Position numbers and translations under genes: made by a program. DNA of 63,109 bases, filler included, from Octopus bimaculoides (Eukaryota): the NCBI RefSeq assembly GCF_001194135.2. It is 7 parts of 7 records of this genome, joined end to end, with 100 filler letters (N's around TTAATTAATTAA, not from the genome) between each part and the next. Parts side by side here need not be neighbours in the genome. Positions count along the whole stretch, not along the records: positions 17,233 to 41,773 come from NC_068993.1; 6 more parts are not named here. The stretch is one strand, 5' to 3'. Each line of letters begins with the position of its first letter. The first letter of the stretch is position 1. Below are positions 26,966-38,490 of the stretch, one piece after another. The notes under the pieces were generated by a model. That model was not told the DNA's origin. It was given only the letters and a program-made list of their open reading frames with translations, and did not search any database.

Positions 26966-27480
26966 ATGAGGCCAATAAAGTGTCCACAGTCTCTGTCTAC
27001 CCTATGTGAAAGGCCTCTCCGAAAAGATACAAAAGATATGCGACCCATATGACATCAGGACAGTATTCAAGAGTAATACAACACTTCATAAATATCTCCT
27101 TCGAGTAAAACCACCAATAGAAGAGAATATGACCAAAGACTGCGCGTACTCCATCCCATGCAGCTGTGGTAGGTTATACAAAGGCGAAACGTGTCGCCCA
27201 CTCAAAATAAGGGAGGATGAACATCGCAAAGCTGTGACACGAGGAGATATTGATAAATTGGATACAGCTGATCGAGTTTGGAAAAAATAGAGACTACCTC
27301 CCCTTGTGGGATGAAGTTGAAATAAAAGACAGAGAACACCACTGGAAAATACGAAACTAAAAGAAGCAGTACATATGCTAAGACACAACAATGTCCTAAG
27401 CAGACCGAGTGTAGATATGAGCAGTATATGGGAACCGGTATTAAGGAAGGATAGAAAAATATTGGATTTATAAGCCCTAA
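26966..27480 (+). mobile_element. Penelope-like GIY-YIG endonuclease region
   Basis: 'AYSIPCSCGRLYKGETCRPLKIREDEH' and 'EHHWKIRKLKEAVHM' are typical Penelope endonuclease motifs. Confidence 0.88.
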
Positions 27481-27502
27481 AATTCACTCTTTAATTGCCC
27501 AC

Positions 27503-27845
27503 GGGCATATGGCGTAGTGGTTTAGAGCGCAGGTTACTAACCCCAAGATTCCGATTCCGAGTTCGATTCCAATAATAACAATGACATCGAAAAATACCTT
27601 AGGAATGAGAACCCAGGTTCATAATTTCCCCAAAACTCCTGAAAAATCCTGGAGGGTATAAGTAACGATCGTGATACACACCACGAATAAATAATCAAGC
27701 TCAATAACGATCTGTTAATCAACAGCTATCCCAAAAGTATACTATGGAGGGTATTTCAGCTGAAACGTTGTGTCAACAACGAACAAGATGAGGACAAATA
27801 TCCGTCGAATGTAAATAATTCCTAATCTCTTAAATATAGAACTAT
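27503..27845 (+). mobile_element. Further tRNA-headed SINE-like repeat
   Basis: GGGCATATGGCGTAGTGG...GAGTTCGATTCC A/B-box-like head. Confidence 0.55.
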
Positions 27846-28196
27846 ACTATTTTTTATTCACTATTCTGAAAGACAAAATATTTAAAAAATGAAATCTTTG
27901 TGGTTCTTGCTGCTTTTCTATTTCTTTTTTTTTTTTTTCGATCTTGTTTGTATATTGGTCTGCTCACTCTTTGTTACTAGCGTATGCAGAAGGGCGCAAG
28001 TACGTGTGTTTGTGTATTTGTGTGTGTCCGTGGGTGTTCGTGAGTGTGTGCGTGTGTGTGCTTTTTGTGAACAATAGATGCGTTCACTAGAATATAATAA
28101 TGTGAGGTGTGGTTGAATGTTTAGCATAACTACAGGTTGACGTCCTCATAACCTTCTGCAACGTATAAATGTTTTCTTTAATGAAATGTAGAGATA

Positions 28197-28660
28197 GGCG
28201 CAGGAGTGGCTGTGTAGTAAGTAGCTTGCTTACCAACCACATGGTTCTGGGTTCAGTCCCACTGCGTGGCATCTTGGGCAAGTGTCTTCTATTATAGCCT
28301 CGAGCCGACCAAAGCCTTGTGAGTGAATTTGGTAGACGGAAACTAAAAGAAGCTCATCGTATATATGTATGTGTGTGTGTGTGTGTGTGTGTGTGCATGT
28401 TTGTGTGTCTGTGTTTGTTCCCCTAGCATTGCTTGACAACTGATGCTGGTGTATTTATGTCCCCGTTAATTAGCAGTTCGGCAAAAGAGATCGATAGAAT
28501 AAATACTAGGCTTACAAAGAATAAGTCCTGGGGTCGATTTGCTCGACTAAGGGCGGCGCTCCANNNNNNNNNNCAAAGAATAAGTCCTGGGGTCGATTTG
28601 CTCGACTAAGGGCGGCGCTCCAGCATGGCTGCAGTCAAATGACTGAAACAAGTAAAAGAG
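28197..28660 (+). mobile_element. SINE family B, full length (others: 52570-52937 +, 59561-59920 +; partial 362-450, 6670-6835, 16725-16885, 30370-30650, 41270-41420, 46765-46975, 53050-53265, 54945-55070, 55225-55385)
   Basis: Identity to 3708-4089. Confidence 0.88.
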
Positions 28661-29039
28661 TAAAAGAGAGAGTATACATTTGCGAGTGCATAGATTACAA
28701 TTATTCAATCGTTTATTTTTTACTCGTTTTTGTTATTGAACTGCGACCATGCCGAGGTACTGCCTTGATGGATTTAGTCGAACAAATGGAACCTAATACC
28801 TTTTTTTTTTTTAAGCGTGGTACTTATTCTATCTGTTTCTTTTACTGAAATGCTAATTTACGGATGCAAATAAAGCAAGAGTCGGGTCAATGAATAGATC
28901 TGAACTTACATTAAGCCTCCCACCTGGGGTGTGGCTATCCAGAAGACGGTGGTTAAGGCTAGAATGTAACCGCACCACACCATCGTTCTGAAAATCCAGG
29001 AGACTGAGTATTAAAATATTAAGACAAGAGAAGTGAAGT

Positions 29040-29510
29040 GAGAGAATTGCTTAATCCGTTAATCCTCCTCTTATTCTCTTCCTCCCTTTACCCTCTCCCT
29101 CCTCTTACCCACTTCCTCTTCTTACCCTCCTCCTCCTCCTCCTTATACGAAACCGATTATGAAACAGATTATATTTAGAAATCGCATTGATAGAAATTAT
29201 GCAAAAAAAATATTTCAGCTGAGAAGTGAACAAGTGAATAGATGCTTAATCCGTTACTCCTCCTTTTACCCTCTCCTTCCTCTTACTCTTTCCCTCCTCT
29301 TACCCTCTCCCTCCTCATTTGAAACCGATTATGAAACAGATTACGTATAAAAATCGCAACGGTAGAGATTATGTATAAACATTTTCACGTAACTGAAGCG
29401 GAATGAGGAACAAATGCTTAATCCGTTGATCCTCCTCTTACCCTCTCCTTCCTCTTAACCACTTCCTCTTCTTACCCTCCTCCGCCTCATACCCTCTCCC
29501 TCCTCTTACT
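29040..29510 (+). repeat. Three diverged ~170-195 bp CT-rich tandem units
   Basis: TGCTTAATCCGTT recurs at ~29049, ~29243 and ~29416; GAAACCGATTATGAAACAGATT occurs twice. Confidence 0.75.
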
Positions 29511-30291
29511 TTTGTGTAATTGTTTTCAACTCTCAGACTGTGTTGTTTGTGGCCGCACCTTCTCAACTGACCTGGTATACATTCTTTCGCCCTTCCACAT
29601 CATTCCTACGCCAGTTATTTTCTCATTTCCATTCTTGCAGAATACTAAAAGTAATTTCACATCACTCCTACGCCAGTTATTTTCTCATTTCCATTCTTGC
29701 AGAATATTACAAATTATTTCCGGATTTACCGTGTTAATAATAGTTAATGTAATAATAATTTACTGTGTTAATAATAATAAAAGTGTGTTCTTTTCTAAAA
29801 TCACTGGAAAGAGGCCATCACAAGGAGACATGCAGCAATCAAAAACAGAGGAGACGCAACACTAATAGACCTTAAAACTAATGAATAGAAAGGTCTGGTA
29901 GAGGCGAAAATCTAAATAATATTGCAATGCTTACTGTAGAAATGTGACAACAATGATGTTCATTCAAGCAAAAGTTAATGGTGTGTATGACGAGTTATAT
30001 GAAAACAAAGGTGCGATTTCCTTTTCATTTCTGGTTAATAAAAACCCGGTTTGACAGGTTAGTCGCTTTACATGACATAACGTTAAAATAAAAGGGGAAA
30101 CAACAAGTCGTGACATAAAATTTACAATTTTCCAATTCACAATAAAATTTTATGTCAAGGCAGTTGACAATATTGCAGCCTGGGTGAGGTCAGTTGGTAG
30201 ATTGATGAATCCTCTCAAGAAAAATTAAATTTGAAGAATCTACTAGAATGTACAACCATCCAATTATCTGAGTTCCTTATTATTTTTTCTA

Positions 30292-30331
<40 letters not shown>

Positions 30332-30699
30332 TACCAAAGCTGGGGATTAAAATGGCATAGTTTTTTTTATTGTTTTACTTGCTTCGGACATCTCACCATG
30401 GCCATGCTGGAGCACCACGATTAGTTGAAGAAAATGAAAACAGGATTTATTCTTTGTAAGCATAGTACCTATTCTATCGGTTAAGTTATGGGGACGTGAA
30501 CACAGCAACACCGGTAGTCAAGTAATGGTAGGGTTACAAGCACAAACAGACAAACACACACACATACACATATATATATGCATATTTTTTATTTTTTATT
30601 TATTTATGGGTTTCAGCCAAGTGGCTGCGGTCATGCTGGAGCACCACTGTGATTTTCCGTCTTTATGCTGTGCTCTCTTCACGTTCCTTGCATGGCTCT

Positions 30700-30902
30700 T
30701 CTCCTCCACATGATATAGTCCAATCAAGAGATTTGATGGCACATCTGGTGTATAAGAGAATTTGACATCCCTGCCCTAAACTGTGTCTCATTTCGAGCCA
30801 TAGGTTCGTCTGGTATCGTGGAGAGGAAAGCATAAAGTTTTGTCTTGAAGACCTCCGCATCCATGTCTTGCTGGTCTCTCAAATATTTTGGCAGGGCATT
30901 GA
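30700..30902 (-). mobile_element. CR1-type LINE ORF2 C-terminus
   Basis: 'NALPKYLRD...VFKTKLYAFLSTIPDEP...RAGMSNSLIHQ'. Confidence 0.75.
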
Positions 30903-31325
30903 NNNNNNNNNNNNNNNNNNNNNNNNNNNNNNNNNNNNNNNNNNNNNNNNNNNNNNNNNNNNNNNNNNNNNNNNNNNNNNNNNNNNNNNNNNNNNNNNNN
31001 NNNNNNNNNNNNNNNNNNNNNNNNNNNNNNNNNNNNNNNNNNNNNNNNNNNNNNNNNNNNNNNNNNNNNNNNNNNNNNNNNNNNNNNNNNNNNNNNNNNN
31101 NNNNNNNNNNNNNNNNNNNNNNNNNNNNNNNNNNNNNNNNNNNNNNNNNNNNNNNNNNNNNNNNNNNNNNNNNNNNNNNNNNNNNNNNNNNNNNNNNNNN
31201 NNNNNNNNNNNNNNNNNNNNNNNNNNNNNNNNNNNNNNNNNNNNNNNNNNNNNNNNNNNNNNNNNNNNNNNNNNNNNNNNNNNNNNNNNNNNNNNNNNNN
31301 NNNNNNNNNNNNNNNNNNNNNNNNN

Positions 31326-31390
<65 letters not shown>

Positions 31391-31574
31391 CATGTATATT
31401 TATATATACATATATATATGCATAAATGTACGTGTGTATATACATATATATATATACATAAATATACATGTATATATACAGATATATACATATATATACG
31501 TGTATATAAACATATATAGATACATATATATTTTTTCACACATGCATACGTCAAGATCACCAGCATTCTCTCTT

Positions 31575-31616
<42 letters not shown>

Positions 31617-32077
31617 CTCCTCGTACTTGGGTCACCGTTTCNNNNNNNNNNACGAAGGCCATGTTGGTTAAGACAATCTACTTTCATAGATTTAAGTATA
31701 TGGATTTACGTGGACTAGTTTCTGCATTGGCATTAATATGTCTTAGCTTCTTCAGCACGCATCACCACCAAAGCGATTTCCAACCTATCCTTCCGAAATC
31801 TGTGCTGCTACTGATTTGTTTCGCGCCGAAATCACAGCAGCTTCTCAGTGTAAAAAATAATCTCGTTGCCGAATTTACGAGAAAATAATTTAATAAAATT
31901 AATTTACAAAGGTACCGTTAATTCTATTATTATCCAATGTCACTAATTTAAGAATGATAATAACAATACGCAATATATGTGTGTATATATACATATATAT
32001 ATATATGTATTTATATATACATATATATATGTATCTATATATACATATATATATGTATATACATATATGTACACGCA

Positions 32078-32156
<79 letters not shown>

Positions 32157-32954
32157 ATATATATACATATGCATATATATATATATATATATATATATNN
32201 NNNNNNNNNNNNNNNNNNNNNNNNNNNNNNNNNNNNNNNNNNNNNNNNNNNNNNNNNNNNNNNNNNNNNNNNNNNNNNNNNNNNNNNNNNNNNNNNNNNN
32301 NNNNNNNNNNNNNNNNNNNNNNNNNNNNNNNNNNNNNNNNNNNNNNNNNNNNNNNNNNNNNNNNNNNNNNNNNNNNNNNNNNNNNNNNNNNNNNNNNNNN
32401 NNNNNNNNNNNNNNNNNNNNNNNNNNNNNNNNNNNNNNNNNNNNNNNNNNNNNNNNNNNNNNNNNNNNNNNNNNNNNNNNNNNNNNNNNNNNNNNNNNNN
32501 NNNNNNNNNNNNNNNNNNNNNNNNNNNNNNNNNNNNNNNNNNNNNNNNNNNNNNNNNNNNNNNNNNNNNNNNNNNNNNNNNNNNNNNNNNNNNNNNNNNN
32601 NNNNNNNNNNNNNNNNNNNNNNNNNNNNNNNNNNNNNNNNNNNNNNNNNNNNNNNNNNNNNNNNNNNNNNNNNNNNNNNNNNNNNNNNNNNNNNNNNNNN
32701 NNNNNNNNNNNNNNNNNNNNNNNNNNNNNNNNNNNNNNNNNNNNNNNNNNNNNNNNNNNNNNNNNNNNNNNNNNNNNNNNNNNNNNNNNNNNNNNNNNNN
32801 NNNNNNNNNNNNNNNNNNNNNNNNNNNNNNNNNNNNNNNNNNNNNNNNNNNNNNNNNNNNNNNNNNNNNNNNNNNNNNNNNNNNNNNNNNTATATGTGAT
32901 AGTGGATTTTCATCGATGAGTTCTTGAAAATTGGTTATTTTCCCTAAAACTATA

Positions 32955-33001
<47 letters not shown>

Positions 33002-33039
33002 AATAGATATACATGTAAATATATATGTATATATACATA

Positions 33040-33365
33040 TATACGCATAGCTCCTACCTTGCTGGTGACGAAAAGCCTCTCGCTCAGAGTTAAAGGTACA
33101 CTGTATGATGCATGTATGCGAACAGCAATGTTACATGGCAGTGAAACATGGGTCGTGACTGCTGAGGACATGCGTAAGTTTACTAGGAATGTAGCGAGTG
33201 AGCACCGCATACACGACAGAGTGTAAGTGCCCTGAAAGAAAAGTTGGACTTAAGAAGCATCAGATTGGAGCCTGGAGCAGCCTTCTGGCTCGCCAGCTTT
33301 CAGTCAAGCCGTCCAACCCATGCCACCATGGAAAGCGGACTTAAACGATGATGATGATGATGATT
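33040..33365 (+). mobile_element. Deleted 3' fragment of the same RTE-like LINE
   Basis: Similar to 44950-45140 and 45850-45950; (GAT)n tail. Confidence 0.8.
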
Positions 33366-34333
33366 ATGATATAAGTATATGTCAATACATATATATACAT
33401 GCATATATACATACATATATTGTGTACATATATGTATTTATATACTCGTATATATAAGTATATATATGTATATAGTTTTTGTGTGTCCCACAAAGGAGTC
33501 GATGCTAGATGCGCCGAAACAATTGTTGCGATTAATAATATATTCTCATATATTCCATTTTTTGTCTTTCTATTATATATATATATGTAAGTATATATAT
33601 ATGTAAGTGTGTGTGTATATNNNNNNNNNNNNNNNNNNNNNNNNNNNNNNNNNNNNNNNNNNNNNNNNNNNNNNNNNNNNNNNNNNNNNNNNNNNNNNNN
33701 NNNNNNNNNNNNNNNNNNNNNNNNNNNNNNNNNNNNNNNNNNNNNNNNNNNNNNNNNNNNNNNNNNNNNNNNNNNNNNNNNNNNNNNNNNNNNNNNNNNN
33801 NNNNNNNNNNNNNNNNNNNNNNNNNNNNNNNNNNNNNNNNNNNNNNNNNNNNNNNNNNNNNNNNNNNNNNNNNNNNNNNNNNNNNNNNNNNNNNNNNNNN
33901 NNNNNNNNNNNNNNNNNNNNNNNNNNNNNNNNNNNNNNNNNNNNNNNNNNNNNNNNNNNNNNNNNNNNNNNNNNNNNNNNNNNNNNNNNNNNNNNNNNNN
34001 NNNNNNNNNNNNNNNNNNNNNNNNNNNNNNNNNNNNNNNNNNNNNNNNNNNNNNNNNNNNNNNNNNNNNNNNNNNNNNNNNNNNNNNNNNNNNNNNNNNN
34101 NNNNNNNNNNNNNNNNNNNNNNNNNNNNNNNNNNNNNNNNNNNNNNNNNNNNNNNNNNNNNNNNNNNNNNNNNNNNNNNNNNNNNNNNNNNNNNNNNNNN
34201 NNNNNNNNNNNNNNNNNNNNNNNNNNNNNNNNNNNNNNNNNNNNNNNNNNNNNNNNNNNNNNNNNNNNNNNNNNNNNNNNNNNNNNNNNNNNNNNNNNNN
34301 NNNNNNNNNNNNNNNNNNNNNNNNNTATATATA

Positions 34334-34370
<37 letters not shown>

Positions 34371-34639
34371 GAGATATGCATTGTTGAAGTTTTGTAGTAC
34401 ACTTATTCCAAGAACACATATTTAAATTTTATGTACCTCCCATGGAAAGTGAATGTATTTGCACTTTCAAAGGAGCTCTTTCCCGTGTTATAAACCCCAT
34501 CATGGGGTGTGGGGATATTTAATATTGTAAGATGGAAATCGTCTTTATTTAGGACCTAGTAGTTATGTTGTTATTTCCATTGAAATCGGAGGTATTTGAA
34601 ATTTAAGCTCACGAAATGTAATACCCATAAAATGCAATT

Positions 34640-35825
34640 ATTTTCCTGAAACACCACGCGCAATCTAGGTTTCCCTATTTTTCTCCATGTATTTGCATTA
34701 ATTATCGTGATATCACTGCCCGTATCCAATTTTAACTTGATATTCACATTATTCATTATTATGGACACAAATTTCCTTTTCTGAACCTCGTTTAGAATTT
34801 TTATTAACAATACATTCTTTCTAGGTTTCTTTTACCCCCCTTTTTTTTTTTTTTTGACCTTTTATGTCCGATTTCTCCACAATTAAAACATTTACGATTT
34901 TTAAAAGGACAATTACTTTTAAAATGTAAACCTCCGCAAGTATAGCATGGATTTGATCTTGACGTTCGTTTATTTTTTTTCTTTCTTATCCGTTTCAGTT
35001 CGACACGCATGTAATCTGAGAGCAATCTTTTTCTTCAATTTTATCCGCGTCATGCCTTATATTTATGGTCCTCTGGTATTCTTCATCCACTGCCTGTAGA
35101 GTTAATTTTCGGTGCTCTTCTAATTATGTTAATATACGAGAATGTATATCAGCGTCTTTTCTTACTGTTAACCCTAGAACAAAAATTAAACATTTTAATA
35201 AATCCGGGGTCAATTCATTTAATTTGAAGTTTTCACCCTCCCCGTTAATGACCCCAGCATAAGTGACAAAATCATCTTTTCTAACTATATTTTAAACATT
35301 GCCAACGAGTATTGAACAGGGAACTTCTTTCTGTGAAAATTCTCGATAACAAATTAACTGTTTCATCGAAACAAATCTCACCTGGTTTCTTCGGCAGACT
35401 ATAATTACAGTATTTTTCGTGTTCGAGAAGGGTTAACCTTCTTAAAGTACTTGCACCTTCTTCTCGTCATTCCAATTTTTACATTCTTCTTTGAAGATTT
35501 TTTCGTATCTTCTAAAATATGTAGAAAAAGTAGTACCTTCTTCTGGGTTGTAAATAAATTCTCCATTTGAATTTGCTACGCTGTCTGACGAGAACGAACC
35601 TGAAGTATTTTTAGACTTCTTGAACATTACTTCCAGTAACTGTTGGTATTGTTGTTGTTGTAACTGCTGTTGTTGCTGTTGTAATTGTTGTAACTGCTGG
35701 TGTTGTTGTTGTTGCATCTACACCTCGCGAGTCAACGAATCTTCCATATTAATGAATTTTTTCTTTGGTTTCGTACCAAAAAAGAATTTAAACGTCCGAT
35801 ACAAACTTCGAATATCTTGTCACCA
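34640..35825 (-). mobile_element. Gypsy/Ty3 LTR retrotransposon remnant: PBS-like site, gag with zinc knuckles, aspartic protease
   Basis: TGGTGACAAGAT PBS-like site at 35825. Gag 'YNPEEGTTFSTYFRRYEKIF', knuckles 'CYTCGGLHFKSNC' and 'CFNCGEIGH', and protease 'LKLDTGSDITII' at ~34715. Stops and frameshifts; no RT or integrase. Confidence 0.88.
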
Positions 35826-35920
35826 CTTTTATATCCTTGTCACACATTGAATATATAAATTACGCAGCGGAGGTTAGATCAATGTGTTCACACGACGTAC
35901 TTCACGAGACTACCAAAACG

Positions 35921-37540
35921 CTCTCATTTCAATTTTTATTTTTTTTGGCCACTGTGGGCCCTACACAGAGGGGACAAACAAAGATAGATAATACAGCACA
36001 AGTGGGAACAAAACATTAATGAATGGATGAAATGGATTTACATAATGGATGAAGATGTAATGGCTACTCGAACCCCTTATCAAATTAATTTATCTTAATA
36101 TATAAAGTATGGTCTCAATCGTTCAAATTCTATCACAGGTGACAGATAATCAAACCTTACCTCCCGCCCTAGTGGGTTCACATCATCGCCAAAGCATGCC
36201 TTTAATTTTTGGTAATTTTTTATGTCTATTAATATACACTCAATGCCTGGTACGCGTATATTGTCCTCCTCTATAATTTTTATTACCGACTTCATTTTTG
36301 CAATTTTTTCCTCACTGGCTGTGTTCGACCAATAGTTCGTTGGATACACCCAATGTTTATAACTGCCCTGTAATGCTTGTGTGTCTGTTTGTGTATACTT
36401 AACTGGAGATTCTGGGTTGTCTGGGATATTCTTGTATTTTTGCCGAAATGGAATGTACTGTGTGGGTGCTTGTATGTTACTTACTCCCATATTTTACTTC
36501 TTTTTGTGTTCTTCCGGTGTGGAGGTTTCTAAAGTCTTTCCTCTTTCTATTTTGTACTTCCTGGAATCCTTCATTTCTGCTTTCTACATTTGCTTCTTCT
36601 GTATTTTCCTTTAATTCCTCGTCTTGTTATTTTCTTCTTTCTCCTCTACTGGTGTTTGGTTTTTAAGAAGGGGACAATTCGCCTTTATGTGCCCCTTCTT
36701 TCTGCAGTGGTATCAGGTGGGAAGTTTTTCCTCTACTACCACTCGCAGCTTCACATCATCTGGTAGCTCTGTCTTTTCGGTAATTTCATATACGTTCAAT
36801 GTGGTGGCCTTGACTATAAATTCCAGACCATATCCCTACCAGTTCAGTTGTTTGGTGCGGCTGACTTGCAGCACTTCTGGGTCCTCCTTTGTTTCTATTA
36901 AGATAGCTGCAAGCAGATACATCTCATTAATTTCAGGAGACACCCTGCTAATCCTCACTCTCTTCACTCGTTTACCTTGGTAGATTGGCGGAAGTGTCCA
37001 TTCTTCTGTTTTCAATGTTACAATGGAGTACTATACTGCCTCCTCCACAGTAAGGAAGTGCACCTCCACTGTGCCAAAACTTCCTTCCTCTGCAGTAAAA
37101 TACAATGTTACTTTCAGGCACTCTTCTATGGCTTCCTCGCTAGCCATTTCTATCTTCTTGCTTGTTCGTGATGGGGTTCTATAAACCGCCATTTTTTCCT
37201 TTTTACTTCTTGTTATATCTTCCGGCGGGGTCAGTTTTAATCTTGACCTTCTTACTATTTCAATCTTGCTGCTTCTTATTATTTCAAAGTCGACAGGAGC
37301 TTCCTTGACATCCAGTTGGTTCACATTAGCTGCGGCATTGTCTCGACCCACTACTGAAGCGTAGCTCTCGCTACGTGTTTGCAACACTTCCGTTGCTTAC
37401 TGCTATGCTTGCCCCCACTGGGTGGAAAAACAAAACAAAAGCAAACAATACAACAACGGCTTAACAATTCCAACAGTCGGCAACCCCTCTAAGGAGGACC
37501 TTCCACAAAGGACAACCTATCTGGAACGATAACAATTCAA
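35921..37540 (-). mobile_element. ORF1(gag-like, CCHC knuckle)-only non-LTR element, L1/Tx1-like, copy 1
   Basis: Frame runs 37387 to 36095 with a few stops: SYASVV N-terminus, 'YHCRKKGHIKANCP' knuckle, then a charged region. The ORF is followed by a ~170-bp 3' UTR and an A-rich tail. No endonuclease or RT. Flanked by an 18-bp direct repeat. Confidence 0.75.
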
Positions 37541-37558
37541 CACGTGACTACCAAAACG

Positions 37559-38490
37559 AACTCTGTTTCTTTATTAGGCACAAGTGCCCGAGACACAGAG
37601 AGGACGATAGAAGGACCGACAAGACAATACAAGTGGGGATATAAAACATATAACGACGAATGAAAATGATAAACGTACAAAATGAGGATGTACGTCCTTG
37701 CTTGAGCCCCACCCTCAAACAATCGCGTTTACTGCTCTTTACAATTCAATTAATTATTAGTCTGTAACTCATGTTATCATAGCCAAGCCTATATCTTCAT
37801 ATCTTACCACTGGGACAAATATTTATACTTCACCCTCTCTGGCGTTATACGAATGATATCTCCATGATATTTTTTCAAGAAATTAAACCTTTTTATGTCT
37901 CCTAAGATATATTTATCTTCGGATGCATGTAACGTTACTCTTATTACGCCTTTAATTCTATCAATAGTTCTCTCAATCGCTTCATTTGGTTTGTATAATA
38001 GAAAATATTCTACCTTCCAATCCGTGGTCTGCTCTTCTTCCTTTTTCTGCACGCTGGGAGTCCCTTTGTTGCTTTGTTGAGATATGTCACTTTCTATCTC
38101 CGCTATTTTTTTATTCCTTTTCCTCTTCTTTTTGGATGCTTTCGGAGACGAGTCACTCTTATTTCACTTTCTGTCACTTGGGTGAACTCTCCCTCGGTCT
38201 CTGTTGTTTCTACTTCACTTAACTCTTCTGTTTCTGCTACATCCTCATGTTCCGACTGGATTTCTTCCTCGTTGCTTGGTTCAGTTGAGCTTTGGGGGCA
38301 CTTCTTTTTCATATGCCCCTTCTGTCCACATCCGTAGCAAGTGAGGGGTCGCTCCTCCACTGTTACATTTAGTTTTCTCTCATCCGGGAGTTCAAATACT
38401 TCTGGAATCTCGTTCCTATCGGCCAAAGTTATGTGGACCAACAACTCAAAGCCGTATCCCCACAGTTTAGTTTCTGCGTTCTTGTAGCTG
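37559..38490 (-). mobile_element. ORF1-only element, diverged copy 2 (5' part lost at a SINE A insertion)
   Basis: 'WGYGFELLVH...LPDERKLNVTVEERPLTCYGCGQKGHMKKKCP' aligns by eye to copy 1 ('GYGLEFIVK...LPDDVKLRVVVEEKLPT*YHCRKKGHIKANCP'). The 3' UTR and tail are similar to copy 1. Confidence 0.72.

Noticed and set aside
27889-28077. MKSLWFLLLFYFFFF... as a signal-peptide exon
   Set aside because: The hydrophobicity comes from a poly-T run and the ORF continues into (GT)n; no convincing donor.
28514-28623. Tandem duplication of a SINE B tail (similarly 54822-54905)
   Set aside because: The duplicate straddles a 10-N gap, so it is probably an unmerged contig overlap.
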